A DNA stretch of 64,000 nucleotides. It comes from Octopus vulgaris (lineage: Eukaryota). This document shows positions 12,471 to 32,474 of this stretch, in pieces; position 1 is the first letter of the stretch, and every line of letters starts with the position of its first letter. Below the pieces are notes generated by a model. That model saw nothing but the letters and a program-made list of their open reading frames with translations. It did no database searches and was not told the DNA's origin. The DNA is taken from the NCBI GenBank assembly GCA_951406725.2, contig OX597825.1, positions 44,516,001 to 44,580,000 on the forward strand, read 5' to 3'. The position numbers and the translations under genes are program-made.

Positions 12471-15390
12471 TGCTATTAGGAGAGGAAAATGGATGATAGA
12501 ATTGGAGGTAGAAGAGATCACAAGAGAACTGGAAGAGAAAGATCAGGCAGTAGGAAAGACAAATAACAATATAAGAGATACAGCTCAAACGAAAGAAGAA
12601 CTTAAAAGAAAAAATAGCAATAGCGCCACCAATAAGGAAAGGACTGGAATTAATGAGTGAAGCAGTAAGAAAAAGATTGCCAGCATTAAAAGGTACCGAC
12701 AGAAGGAAGCTGCTAGTAATAACAAGGAATGTAGATTCTGTTATCAGTAGATACTAAAAATATAGGAGACACTAACATATTGATCTATGCATGAGGGGCA
12801 ATAGTCACTTGGAGATTAGATATCTCACAAGGAAAGATTTAAAAATAGTAAATATGGAAAAGGACACTACAAAATAAAGTGATGAGTTTAAGACAAGATC
12901 TGAGTAGAATAAAAGCCTGCAAATTGAACAAGTTAGGAAACACAAGATGTAAATCTTCCCTTGAGAAAGATAATTAGTCAAAGAGAAAGGATCTGGGACT
13001 GTAACAGAAGAGTTGAAGCAGCATACCATACCAGTAGCAGGTAGTAGCAAGTAATCTCTCCAGATATCAGAAAAGAATTGATCAGTACCAACGGAACAGA
13101 GGAAATTTTATAGCCAAATAAATAGTGGAGAACGAAGTACTGAAGGTGAGAAACCTAATGCAGAAGAAGCTAGAACATTCTGGAGAAATATTTGGAATAA
13201 ACCTTTCCATTATAATGAAGATGCAGTATGGTTGCAAAGCAGCCATATCTAAAACTAACTTGTGCATTAATTAATAAAGTGTCAGGAAAAATGCCGAATT
13301 GGAAGGACCCAGGACCAAATTTAGTTCAAGGATACTGGTTAAAGAAATTTAGTAGTTTACATTGGAGGCTGAGGGAACAACTTCAGGATTGCCTTAATGT
13401 AGGAATAATATTAGATGGGATGACTAGGCAAAGGCAGGGTATCATTATGAAAGATAAGAACAAATGTAATACAGGTAGCAGTTATAGACCAATCACTTGC
13501 TTACCATTAGTGTGGAAGCTGTTAACAGGAATGCTTTCAGAAAGCATTTACGAGCACCTTGACAACCAGAATTTACTGCCAGAACAAAAAGGTTGCAGGA
13601 AGAAGGATAAAGGAACGCATGATCTATTATACATAAACAAAGCAGTTCTAAATGAAGTAAAAGCTAGAAAGAAATATCTACCAATAGCATGTATAGATTA
13701 TAGGAAAGCCTATGATATGATCTCACACTTATGGATAAGTGAATGTCTGAGTATATTCATTTTTAGCAGACACCATAAGAGAATTAATTACCTTTAACAT
13801 GAAAAAATGGAAGCTATATCCCTACTCATAGGGAAGGTTAATACCAAAAGAGGAATTTTCCAGGGGGACTCGTTGTCCCTTTAATATTTTTCTTATGTTT
13901 TATCACCCTCAGTTTACTATTAAGGAAGACAAAGGCAGGGTATCAGAAACAGTAAGGAAAAATTAACCACTTGCTCTACATGGATTATCTGAAGCTTTTT
14001 AGGAAGAATGAAAATGAGATAGATACCTTAGCTTAGTACAGACTGTAACACTCGTCACCAAAGATACAGGCATGGAATTTGGAATAGATAAGTGTGCAAT
14101 ATTAGTCATGAGAAAGAGACAGGTAGTCAACAGCGAAGGCATCCGATTACCAGATCGCCAGTCATTAAAATCATTGAAAGAAGAAGACAGTTATAAGCAC
14201 CTAGGAGTATTAGAATCTGACAGAGTAATAACAATAGAAATGAAAACGGAAATTGAGGAGTCAAAGCTAAATAGTTCAAATCTAAGGAAGGTTGTAAATA
14301 CTTGGGCAGTATCATTAGTTAGATTAATCATCAGCTTTTGTAGATTGGCCAAAAACTGAATTAGCGAAGCTAGACAGAAGAACTATGAAGGAATTCAATA
14401 TGAATAAAGGACTCCACCCACGAGCAGGAGTAGCAAGATTACACTTACTTAGAGAGGAAGACGGAAGAGGGTTAATACCAGTAGAAGATTGCGTGGAGTT
14501 ACCTAGAGTAGATATAGACTCCTATGTAGGTAATAGTGAAGAAAGTTTACTAAAAGGCGCTATAGTCACGGCAAGACATAAGGAAACCAAAAACCCAAAC
14601 GAAGTTAAAAACGAGAAAAATAGAAGGGAAATGATCCCAAAGATAGTTGTAGCAAATCGTAGTAATGAGACATGGCTATGGTTACAGAAAAGGGTGAGAG
14701 AGTTTGTTAGTAGCTGCGTAAGCATTAAGGATTAATTAGATAGACAATGATAGACAAAAACCATGTAGATTCCCATGCAGACTATGCAAGTCAAGTGAGG
14801 AAATCGTTACTCATATAATAAGTGGATGTAGCATGCTGGCACAGAAAGAATACAAGAAAAGACATAACAGCCCAGGGAGAGTTATGTACAAAGCTAAAAT
14901 GTGACCATACTAGTAAATGGTATGAACATGAACCAAATAAAGTACTATAAAGTAAGAAATTCAAGACGTTGTGGAACTTTAACTAGAAGGCCTGATTTAT
15001 TAGTAGTAGATAAAGAGAATAGAAAGTGCAAGGTAATTGTCTTTATAGTCCCCCAAAAATGAGAAAATCAATATGAGATGTACAGAAAATATAGCAAAGT
15101 ATCAGGATGTAGCCATTGAATTACAGAGACTGTGGAAAGTGCGGGTTAAATGTACCCCAATAATTATAGGTGGATTGGGAACTATCCCTAGATATCTGAA
15201 CAGATGAGTAGAGGAAAGAGACATAACACCCAGTTTAGTACAGTTCCAGAAAACAGTGTTATTAGGTACAGCTAGGATACTTAGCAGTGTTCTTGACATC
15301 TAAGGTTAGTTATTGTAGCCCGATGTCAGGATTTTTTCCTTTCCAACAGTCTAATCAGTTGTGTGTATATGAAAATAATAACAAAAAAAT
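12471..15390 (+). mobile_element. Degenerate R4/Dong-like RLE retrotransposon
   Basis: 'NWKDPGPNLVQGYWLK', 'YRPITCLPLVWKLLTG', 'IDYRKAYD', 'RGIFQGDSL', 'MEFGIDKCA', CRLC..RH knuckle. Ends in an (AAT)n tail. Confidence 0.88.
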
Positions 15391-15600
<210 letters not shown>

Positions 15601-15715
15601 GGTGCTCCGGGCTGAATAACAACATGGATGTTCCCTGGGAGCCTCTCTCCAAAAAACGAATTTAATCCAACAACATCGTTGCAATGGAAGAAAGGTTCCA
15701 CAAAATATCTTTTCC

Positions 15716-17553
15716 AAATTTGGGTTAATATAGGGCGTTACGATTATCAGAAAATCAAAAAAAAAATGTGTGTAATAGGTGTAAAACAACTTCCTATGAA
15801 CGAATATGGAAAAAAAAATTCGCGCACGCGAAAGGGGGGTGGGGGAGAGGCCTCGGAAAATTCACATCGGGAAGTTCCGAAAGCGTCTGAGGAGCTGACC
15901 CGGGCACCAAAACAAAAAAAAATAGTGTAATATGTGTAAAACAACTTGCTCTAAACGAATATGACAAAAAAATGCGCTCTTGCGAAAGAGGGGTGGGGGA
16001 GAGGCCTCGGAAAATTTATATCGGGAATTTCCGAAAGCGTCTGAACCGGGCACAAAAACAAAAACAAAAACAGCGTAATAGGTGTAAAACAACTTGCTCT
16101 AAACGACTATCATGAAAAAAATGCGCGCTCGCGAAAGGGGGTGGGGGAGAGGCTTCGGAAATTTCACATCTTCAGTCCACGGCCTTTAAACTAAGAAAAA
16201 ATAGTGTAATTGGTGTAAAACTACTTGTTCTAAACGAGTATCAAGAACACACACTCACACATGAATCATAAACTCCGTATTTTTGTACATATTTCGCAAA
16301 AAAAAAAAAATAAAGAGAAGAAATTCTGGAAAAAGTGAAGAAATGTTGGATCTCATTCCTTGGTTAAAGCTATTTTAAACATTAAATTTATGCTTTTCTT
16401 TGAAATAGTTCAGATATATGCAATTCTTCTCACTTATTAAGATGCATTTATCAGAAAAAATTATTATTTTGTGTCAATCCTTCCCTAATTATCCTTTATT
16501 AATTAGTTTTGGCGTGTATTTTTTTCCCAAATTTATTTTTTCACCTTTACAACACTGTTTAGTAAAGCAATTAATTATCTTTATAATTTGCATATTTGAC
16601 TTATTAATCAAAATTCTCTAGATGTAATATATACTAAGTAATGCATCCTTCATTTATGTGTTCCGTTCTGTATTATGCATGCGTGACTGTTTGTATGTAA
16701 GTGTGTTTAACTGTGCACATGAATGTGAATATTAAAGAACATATTTATTTACTATGATTGTTATTTTCAGAACAAATAAATATTTTGGCTGTTATGTTAT
16801 TGATGTTATTATTATTGCTAGTTAAAGGGTGGTGACTTGGCTGAATATTTTGAGTCTTGTAGTATGTAGTTGTGTTAGTCAATATTCTGAGTTCAAATCC
16901 AACTCATTTCTTTATCATCATTATCGATGGACCACTCAAAGAGGTATGTATACATTATCATTTTCGTAACATAATTTTTTTTTTGCGAAATATGATTTTA
17001 TGATTCATGTGTGAGTGTGTGTTCTTGATACTCGTTTAGAACAAGTAGTTTTACACCAATTACACTATTTTTTCTTAGTTTAAAGGCCGTGGACTGAAGA
17101 TGTGAAATTTCCGAAGCCTCTCCCCCACCCCCCTTTCGCGAGCGCGCATTTTTTTCATGATAGTCGTTTAGAGCAAGTTGTTTTACACCTATTACGCTGT
17201 TTTTGTTTTTGTTTTTGTGCCCGGTTCAGACGCTTTCGGAAATTCCCGATATAAATTTTCCGAGGCCTCTCCCCCACCCCTCTTTCGCGAGAGCGCATTT
17301 TTTTGTCATATTCGTTTAGAGCAAGTTGTTTTACACATATTACACTATTTTTTTTTGTTTTGGTGCCCGGGTCAGCTCCTCAGACGCTTTCGGAACTTCC
17401 CGATGTGAATTTTCCGAGGCCTCTCCCCCACCCCCCTTTCGCGTGCGCGAATTTTTTTTCCATATTCGTTCATAGGAAGTTGTTTTACACCTATTACACA
17501 CATTTTTTTTTTGATTTTCTGATAATCGTAACGCCCTATATTAACCCAAATTT
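15716..17553. mobile_element. Foldback/MITE-like element with ~580-bp inverted arms built from ~140-bp subrepeats
   Basis: Arms 15716-16310 and 16975-17553 are reverse complements, each with three GGGGGTGGGGGAGAGG-containing units. Spacer is AT-rich and non-coding. Confidence 0.85.
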
Positions 17554-17950
17554 TCTTTTAAGGCAAAGTAACTAAAAAGTCCGAAATCTTATTGCCATTT
17601 ATAGTATAGATTTCTTTCTTTTATGCATAATATTTCCACGTGACATGGATAAGAAATAGAAGCGAACATCAGAGCTCTTGAAAGACAGTAAGTACATAAA
17701 TTGATTAACTGTTTATGCATACACGTACACATTTTAATTATAAAGCATAAATAATGCTTACACGCGCTTACACATACACACAGAAAGACAAACCACGTGG
17801 CGCGGACGAAACAAAACAAAAACAAAGCGATTTTTCACGAACAAACGCAAAAAAGAGCAAATTGGTCACTGAATTTAGGACGTCACTGAATAGTTATGCC
17901 CGGAAACATGTCTACCAAAAGAAACAGGCGAATTTCGATCTGTAAGTCTC

Positions 17951-20900
17951 ATGCGAGTTCGATATGACCAATATATCAATTCGGAGAATTCAGAAGCGGT
18001 GTCTTGTCAAAAAGTTGACCCTGTACAAACAGTCCCTTCTTCTAACGTCACCGTCACAGAAGCGGCGTCTTGTCAAAACGTTGACTCTGAAAAAATGGAC
18101 CCCTCTGATGTTGCCGTCAATCATTTAATGAAAACAAGCCAAAAATCATGCCGGATCGGTCATCGCCCGGGACAACAAGGACCGCGTTACCCAGTAGGGA
18201 ACCAGACTGGGGTCGAAAAGTTTGCTGCTGGAACAAACTCTCAAAAAGACGATCTACCAGGTGACCAGAACCAGAATACTTCTAACTCTGGACTTGTAGT
18301 GACACCACCAAAAACACCACCTAAAGCAAAACGTATAAAATGGACCAGAGAGGACTATAGAAATGTGTTGAAAGCTTTTTATACAGCCCAACTAAACCCA
18401 AACAAAAACCTCAGTGCACAAACATACATATTATGGAGAAATTCAGTAGGCAACGAAGTACGTAGATATATAGACGCAAATAAATTAAGTAATGTACGCA
18501 GAGATATAATTAAAAATAAAAGACTAACTGACGCTGAAATTGACCAAATTAGGACACTAATAGCTCATGGTAGACCAAAAGAAAACAACAACAATGTAGA
18601 CGAAATAGGTAACAGTAGCACAGAAGCCAGTGTACAAGCGGTAAATCAACTTCCCAATGGGGAAGTTAAACAAAGAATAGCGAAGAAGAGAGATTTGAGA
18701 AAAGAGGAGAACGTAGACCTTCCTCAAGAAAACCAAAATAGATATGGCATAGAATTTGAGGTGAATAATAGAGAAAAGATTATGGAAGCAAAAGTGGACA
18801 TTATGAGAGAACTCGGCAAGATTGAGCTCACTGACATGGTTAATAGAGAACCGCTACCAAAGTTTTCAAACGGCACAAGGAATAACAACACAATCATGAC
18901 ATATAACGTTGCACTAGGACAGATCTTAAGAAATAAGGGGAATGATCTGACAACTTTAAATAATCTCATCTATTCCACTGCTAAAGTAGTAACTACCCAA
19001 CTAGGTATTAAGATGACAAAGAAAAAGGCTAAGTGGAAAGTAGCGATACAGAAAGAGATTGAATCTCTGCGGGCGGATGTTTCAGTTCTCGATGAGCTTG
19101 CTAGAGGAGTGAATATTAAGTCGAGAAAAGCTAGAAAAAATCAAGCAAAAATATAAAATCAAAGACCTCATAAACCTCCCTGCAACTAAGGAATTGTTGA
19201 AACAACAGATGCAGTTGAAAGCCCAACGGCTTAGAAGGTATGACAAAAGAAACAAATTTTATCGACAAAATAATTCTTTTAAGACAGATGCAAAGAAATT
19301 TTATAGGGAAATTGGAAAAAATAAAATACACATAGAAGATCCACCTAAGATTGAGGAAGTGGAGGAGTTCTGGAAGAAGGTATGGAGCAACGAAAAAGAG
19401 TTTAATGCTGAGGCTGACTGGATAGAAAGTGAGAAAGAAAGACTGGATGAACTTGAAGAGCAGAAATGGGAAGCAAAAGGAATAGAGGAGCTATGGTGTG
19501 TCCTTAGGAAGGCTCATAAATGGAAAACCCCAGGACTGGATCGGATCCCTAACTTCTGGCTGAATTGTCTGACAGAGGTACACGAAAATCTCGCTGCATC
19601 TCTGTCTGATGTCATTCAGAACCCAGAGCAAATACCTGCTTGGCTGACAGAAGGAACCACTTACCTATTACCTAAAACCGGAGACACAAAAACCCCAAAG
19701 AATTACCGGCCAATAACATGTCTCAACACCACCTACAAAATCCTCACATCCATAATAACGGAGAGAATGTACGCTTTCCTTGAACAAAACTCTATCCTTC
19801 CACAAGTTCAAAAAGGTTGTAAAAGAAACTCTTATGGGTACAAAGACCAATTGCTCATAAACAGAATGATTGTAGAGAATTGCCGGAGCAAAAACAAAAA
19901 CCTGAGTATGGCATGGATAGACTACAGGAAAGCGTTTGACAGTGTCCCACATAAATGGATACTCAAGGCCCTTGAGATATACAAGATCTCTCCTGTCGTC
20001 TCAAAATTATTATAGAATAGCATGACCATGTGGAATACACGTCTCATTCTAAGCCATAGTAATGGGATGAGCCAGTCCAACAGCATCAACATCAAACGAG
20101 GCATCTTTCAAGATGACTCCCTCTCTCCATTACTTTTTTGCATGGCACTTATCCCACTCTCAAACGAATTGGATAATACCAGATATGGGTACAAAGTTTT
20201 TAGTAAGTAAACCACCTTTTCTATATGGACGACCTAAAGCTGTTTGCCAGGAATGACCATGAGCTAGAAGGGCTGCTAACAACTGTTAAAGAGTTTAGCA
20301 ATGATATCGGAATGGATTTTGGCCTTGATAAGTGTGCTAAAGCAACTTTTGTAAGAGGCAAGCTCAGGCAAACAGATACTGTTAAATTAGATATTGACAC
20401 TACCATCAAGGAACTTGACCCACAAGAAAGTTACAAATACCTAGGAATCAACGGAGGAGATGGTATACATCATGCTACTATGAAGGTAAAAATAAGAAAG
20501 GAATACTATAGGAGAATAAGGCTTGTACTGAAGACTGAACTCAACTCCAAAAATTGCATTGAGGCCATTACCACCCTGGCACTTCCAGTAGTCCAATACA
20601 GTTTTAACATCATTAACTGGAACCTTACGGAACTCCAACACTTGGACAGGAAGACAAGAAAATTACTGACATCAAAGAACATGCACCACCCTAAGGCAGA
20701 TGTAGACCGCCTGTACCTACCTAGAAGCAACGGGGGGGGGGGGGAATGATGCAATTAGAGCTGTGCTATAAGACCTTCACTATAGGAATGAACAGGTACC
20801 TATCTAGAACAAAAGACTGGATGCTGCGACTTGTGTGCGAACACAAAAGCAGCAAAAAGCTGCATTCTATTGTCAAGGAAGCTTATAAGTTCGAAAGGGA

Positions 20901-21926
20901 ACTAGACATTAACCTTGAATCAAATGAAGAACCGGAAACCACTACTACCAAGCAAGCAAAGCGAATCAAGGAGACTGCAAAAAAGAACGGGCAGAATCAA
21001 ATTGAGAGGCGGTGGAGCTAGAAGCCCCTTCATGGACGATATATTCTCCGAAGCCAAAATGCTGATGTAGACCAAGCAACAACCCATCAGTGGTTGAAGA
21101 GTTCAGGATTGAAAGCAGAAACTGAAGGCTTCATACTGGCAGCACAAGATCAAAGCTTTTTTACCAGAAATTACCAGGCTAACGTTCTCCGAAACGGTAC
21201 TGACCCTAAATGCAGATTCTGCGACACATTTGACGAAACGATAGACCATCTCGTTTCGGGATGTCCTGTGCTGACACCAAACGAATACAAAAATCGCCAC
21301 GATAGGGTAGGACAGTATATACATTGGAAGATATGTAAACACTACAAATTCGGCACTCCTGCTAACTGGTATGAACATCATCCTCAGCCAGTTGTTGAAG
21401 GTAAAAATGTCACCATCCTCTGGGATTTTCCAGTCAACACTGACAGAATGATCAAGGCTAATCGACCAGACACAATTGTTAAAGACAGGGAAGAAAATAC
21501 CTGCAGACTAATAGAGGTAAGCGTCCCCACTGATAACAATATATCTGTAAAGGAATTCGACAAACTTAGTAAATATAAGGACCTGGAAATCGAAATACAA
21601 AAGATATGGAATCTTAAAACAAAAACTGTTCCTGTTATTGTAGGTGCCCTAGGTATGATAAAAAAGGGATGTCAGAAACACCTATACAATATCCCTAGAG
21701 AACCATGTCTCAAGGAAATCCAAAAGATTGTGCTAACAAGTACTGCCCACATCCTTAGAAAAACCCTATCAATGTAAATGTTTGTGTTGTATAACATGGA
21801 GATATTTCTCTACTTCCCCTCCCCAAGCTTTCAGCTATATTTCAACAACTCTTAACCTTCATTTGCCCTTGGACGCTGGGTGTGTCCCGGCAAGTGATTG
21901 CATCAAACATGCAGATTAAAAGTAAA
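17951..21926 (+). mobile_element. Near-full-length R4/Dong-like RLE retrotransposon; single ORF broken by about 5 lesions
   Basis: ORF pieces 17951-19156, 19194-20015, 20022-20210, 20225-20749, 20746-21021 and 21094-21777. Motifs 'RIKWTREDY', 'YRPITCL', 'WIDYRKAFDSVPH', 'YMDDLKLF', 'CRFC..ETIDHLVSGC..RHD', 'NRPD..IEVSVP..K..KY'. Ends in an AAT tail. Confidence 0.95.
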
Positions 21927-28332
<6,406 letters not shown>

Positions 28333-28334
28333 GA

Positions 28335-28480
28335 TTCAAATGTTCGCTCTAGGCCAGCAATTTCGGGGTAGGGCAAGTCGATTACATCGATCCCAGTGCT
28401 TGACTGGTACTTATTTTATGGAACCCAAAATGATGAAAGGCAAAGTTGACCTCGGCGGAACTTGAATTCAGAAGGTAGTC
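28335..28480 (-). mobile_element. SINE fragment with a Meta/MESC-like core (copies at 26645-26790 and in the duplicated block)
   Basis: Minus strand reads a B-box-like 'aattcaagttcc', then 'gccgaggtcaactttgcctttcatc..aaaataagtaccag', resembling the Meta-domain core. Confidence 0.65.
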
Positions 28481-29744
28481 GGACATCTTTTTTTATTATT
28501 ATAATGTCTGCGAATATGACCAAAAAAATTGCCTGTACTCGGTTTTTAAAGAGATGACCAGGAAACCGATAGCCACCTAAGCACCGCAAGAACCACTAAC
28601 ACTACATTGTATAATAATGAAGAAGACGTTATGAGCAACGAACAGTGATAGTAAACAGCCAGGTAAGCTGCAAGAAGAAAAGGGTGAGGCGTCCGAATAG
28701 AAAATCAGAGGAATTAAGCAGAACGTTGGAATTTCAGACCTTCATCACCATGATTTTCACATTTTATCCTTTGACCAACCCACTAGAACATATAATGAAA
28801 AGGAATATTCAGATTTCCTAGATAGCTCTGACCATATTCACATAAGAAGCTACACGTGAAAGCCACTTCAGAGCGTAATGTGGAAGTCTACATGACTCAC
28901 AAAAATGGCGTTGGCCCTTTTCGACACTGAACTATCATTATCATCAATGACGATTATTAAAAAGGCAGGGTAAATAAATCCGAAATTGCAGTCGATTAAA
29001 ATTTGGACGGAAATGCGCAGTGAGGATTGAGCATAATCATTGATAATTATGTCCGGGCAAGCTTTGACCTTATTAGACCTTGCAACATATTCGTATCTGT
29101 AGTAAGCAGATATCGGAATGGCTGCAACCATAAGTATATTAACGGGAATACTTGCGCTGATTGGGCAATTTAAACTAACACAAAGAGATGGCTTCTCTCA
29201 TAGATTAAGTACTGTATTTCATAAATATATAATCGTAACACGTGCATATGTTCACACACATACATATACATACAACCATACACATATATACATATATTTA
29301 TATGTATTTATGTTTACAAGTAAATCTATACACTTAATGACACACTCTATACTGCATTCTCAGACAGACACAGAAATGCACACACACAAACACGCAATGA
29401 TGTGTGTTTGTGTGTGTGTGTATGCGTGTGCGCGCGTGTATACGTTTAGAAACAAACGATGTGAATTAAGAACATAAGGAAATGTAATATAAGGGGAGTA
29501 GACGGAAAGCGGAGGGTGGTGGGATATTTTGAAGAGAAGGAGGGAATTATAATTATATTAGATTAGAGACACTTCTGATTTATATCTAAAATGCAGAAAT
29601 ATTTTTGTCTAAAATAATTCCAATTAATAGCAAACTCTATTCTCTTGAAAATACTTCAGAATCAAGCTTAAATTTAAAAACTACTTTTGCATTGCATACA
29701 TACGTGAGTGCTTACTTATGTTCATACATCAATTTAGATTTATA

Positions 29745-29745
29745 T

Positions 29746-29801
<56 letters not shown>

Positions 29802-29914
29802 AGAGAGAGAGAGGGGGTAGATAGATAGATAGATAGATAGATTGAATTGATAGATAGATAGATAGATAGATAGATTGAATTGATAAATAGATAGATAGAT
29901 AGATAGATAGATAG

Positions 29915-29978
<64 letters not shown>

Positions 29979-29980
29979 GG
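29745..29980. repeat. (TA)n, (GA)n and (GATA)n microsatellites
   Basis: Directly visible. Confidence 0.97.
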
Positions 29981-30693
29981 TTGTAGAGATGGTAGAAATA
30001 TGAATATATATATATACGTTGTAGCAAGTGAATGTGTACGTGTCCATATCTAGTTAAAGTTCGCGAGAGGTATTTGATGACATATTTGGTAATTTGATTA
30101 AACAACTCTAATCCAGCAAAAGCCAAATATATTTCAGTAAAAATTTGTTCACATGTTCTCGGTAATCTGTCAAAGATTACAGGAAATTCTCGCTTTCCGG
30201 AAGTAATGCATTCCTTAAAATGAGGTCGTAACGTGAAATCCCGTAATGCGAATTAATTTTCTTATCGATTTTCATGTTATCAAGTAAGACTGCATTCTAA
30301 AGGACTTTTTCGAAAACAAAAAGTACAAGAAAACTAACAATACAATTACCTTTATATATGAAAATAACAATTTCTAAACATACACATTACAATATAGATA
30401 CATAAAAAGAAACATTTCAAGAGAAATACGTTAAGGAATTAATAAGAATCGTAATATAAGAGTACGTCTGATTTCTAAATCTGCCGGATCGATGTAATCG
30501 ATTTACCTCTCTCTCTAAATTGTTGGCTTTGTGCCAAAGTTTGAAACCAATATCATATGAGTACGTAAGGCGGAGAACTAACAGACCTACCGTGCCGGGG
30601 AAAATGAATTTGAACTGCGTGCTGCATTGGAAATGCCCTACCCATTCGCCCTTATACATGCACACATTCACACAAACATACACACACACACAA

Positions 30694-30732
<39 letters not shown>

Positions 30733-31094
30733 AACACACGTACATGGGCATAGGAATGTCTATGTGGCATGAAGTTTACTTCCCAACCGCGTTCTGTCCC
30801 ACAATGTGACACCCTGGGCAAGTATCTTTTGCTGTAGCTTCAGGTCAACGAAAGCCAAAAAGTATAATAAGGATCACTTCAGACAGGACTCTATAGATGA
30901 GGTACCGAGGGACCTTTCTCCCAAGACCATCCCGGGAATTGTGAGTGGAAAAAAAGAATTGGAATGGATGGATACATTTGTATCTGTGTATGTATGTGTG
31001 TATGTATGTATATATGTATGTGTGTGTGTATGTATGTGTGTGTATGTATGTATGTATGTATGTATGTATGTATGTATGTATGTATGTATGAATG

Positions 31095-31255
31095 TTCTCT
31101 TCTGTTTTTAAATATTTAAATTCTTACTCTGGGGAAGGAGCTCGTTTCTAAAAAAGATACAAAGCTCCATCGTTACAATGTGGATAAAAACGTCATAGTT
31201 TAAATTGGACAAGTCTTGCATGCTTTTATTGTCCCACATACAGATTGGATTTGTT
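31095..31255 (-). mobile_element. 3'-end fragment of the RLE family seen at 430-1971
   Basis: Minus strand encodes 'QIQSVCGTIKACK', with a 3' UTR similar to 455-510. Abuts (TATG)n at 30980-31090. Confidence 0.6.
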
Positions 31256-32376
31256 ATATAGTGTTACTTGGTTGTATTTGTGTATATATATGTATATGCA
31301 TATAATATATATTTACTTATGACACATGATAATTCCACACTCTACTTCTATCTTCCACTTCGTCTGATAATATTCATCGTATCGCGAGACGGGCGCGCGA
31401 CTCACATTATAAGAGTAAAAAGCAACGTAGTGAACGTAATTTGTATTTTCAGGTCTTATATAACACAGGTTCTTTTCTGATAGCTAATAGACACCTTTGC
31501 GCAAATCGATTAGCTTGCTTCCTCGGTGTTTTCATTTCAAATTACAATATGATACCTTTATAAACCTCAGGCAAGAATATTATGTAAGCAAGGTGATGTT
31601 TTAGAATAGAAAGTGACAGAAAGCGAGATAATAGATTAAAGATAAAAGAGGTAAAATTAAATCGAAAATGTGAGAAGGACAGCGAGGAATAGACACATAC
31701 GCGTATCCATGCGTAGTCATATATCCATGCACACATTCTTATATACAGTTGAGAAATGAGGTCGAACAGACGTGGGTAAAAATTACATTAATAATAATTA
31801 CAGTCATTGTCATATATTAAGGCATAAAAGTAAGATGATAGGATTGTAGTCATGTCTGTCTTGATATGTTTATAGTATTTGTATGCAACGAGTTCGTTTT
31901 GGAAGGCTTGGTGTTCGACTATTACCTTAATAAACAGGTCTGTAAATCAAAATCATTCATATGGTGCCCGGCCACACTTATACATTACACATACATTACC
32001 ACGCACATACACACACACACACACCGATGATTATAGATATTCACACTTTACACACGTACACACGCACACATCGCATACATATACGAAAAATATACATGAA
32101 TACACATAAACTCTGACGAAGGCTAGCAGGTCGAACCTTCAATGTTGCTGTCATTCTTATGCTTGTAAATATTTAGCAAATATGCAATCTATAAAAAAAT
32201 TAAGTAATTCTGCAATTAAATGTGAAACTATTTTTATTATAACTTGGCGTACAAGTAATATATTTAGTTAATATATTTATTGATGTGTATTTTTTGCTTT
32301 TATTTTTTAAGCTTGATACTGATTCTATTTAACTCTTAAGCCGAAACGCTAACATTGGTTGTCGAGTGGTGGTGGC

Positions 32377-32422
<46 letters not shown>

Positions 32423-32474
32423 TCACACACGCACACACACACACAGACACATATATATATATATAGGATATATG

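Noticed and set aside
15760-16240. CRISPR-like or satellite array
   Set aside because: The ~140-bp units have no unique spacers and are mirrored in the opposite arm, so they are TIR subrepeats. The context is eukaryotic with no cas genes.
18145-18235. HDV-like ribozyme near the 5' end of the Dong-like element
   Set aside because: I could not build P1, P3 and P1.1 pairings by eye; this needs a descriptor search.
28640-29170. Host exon or GIY-YIG relic (ORF 28868-29131)
   Set aside because: No recognisable domain motif or splice-supported structure.
32108-32150. CTGACGAAGGC..GTCGAAC hammerhead-like motif
   Set aside because: GAAA is broken and stems I and III are missing; at best a decayed relic.
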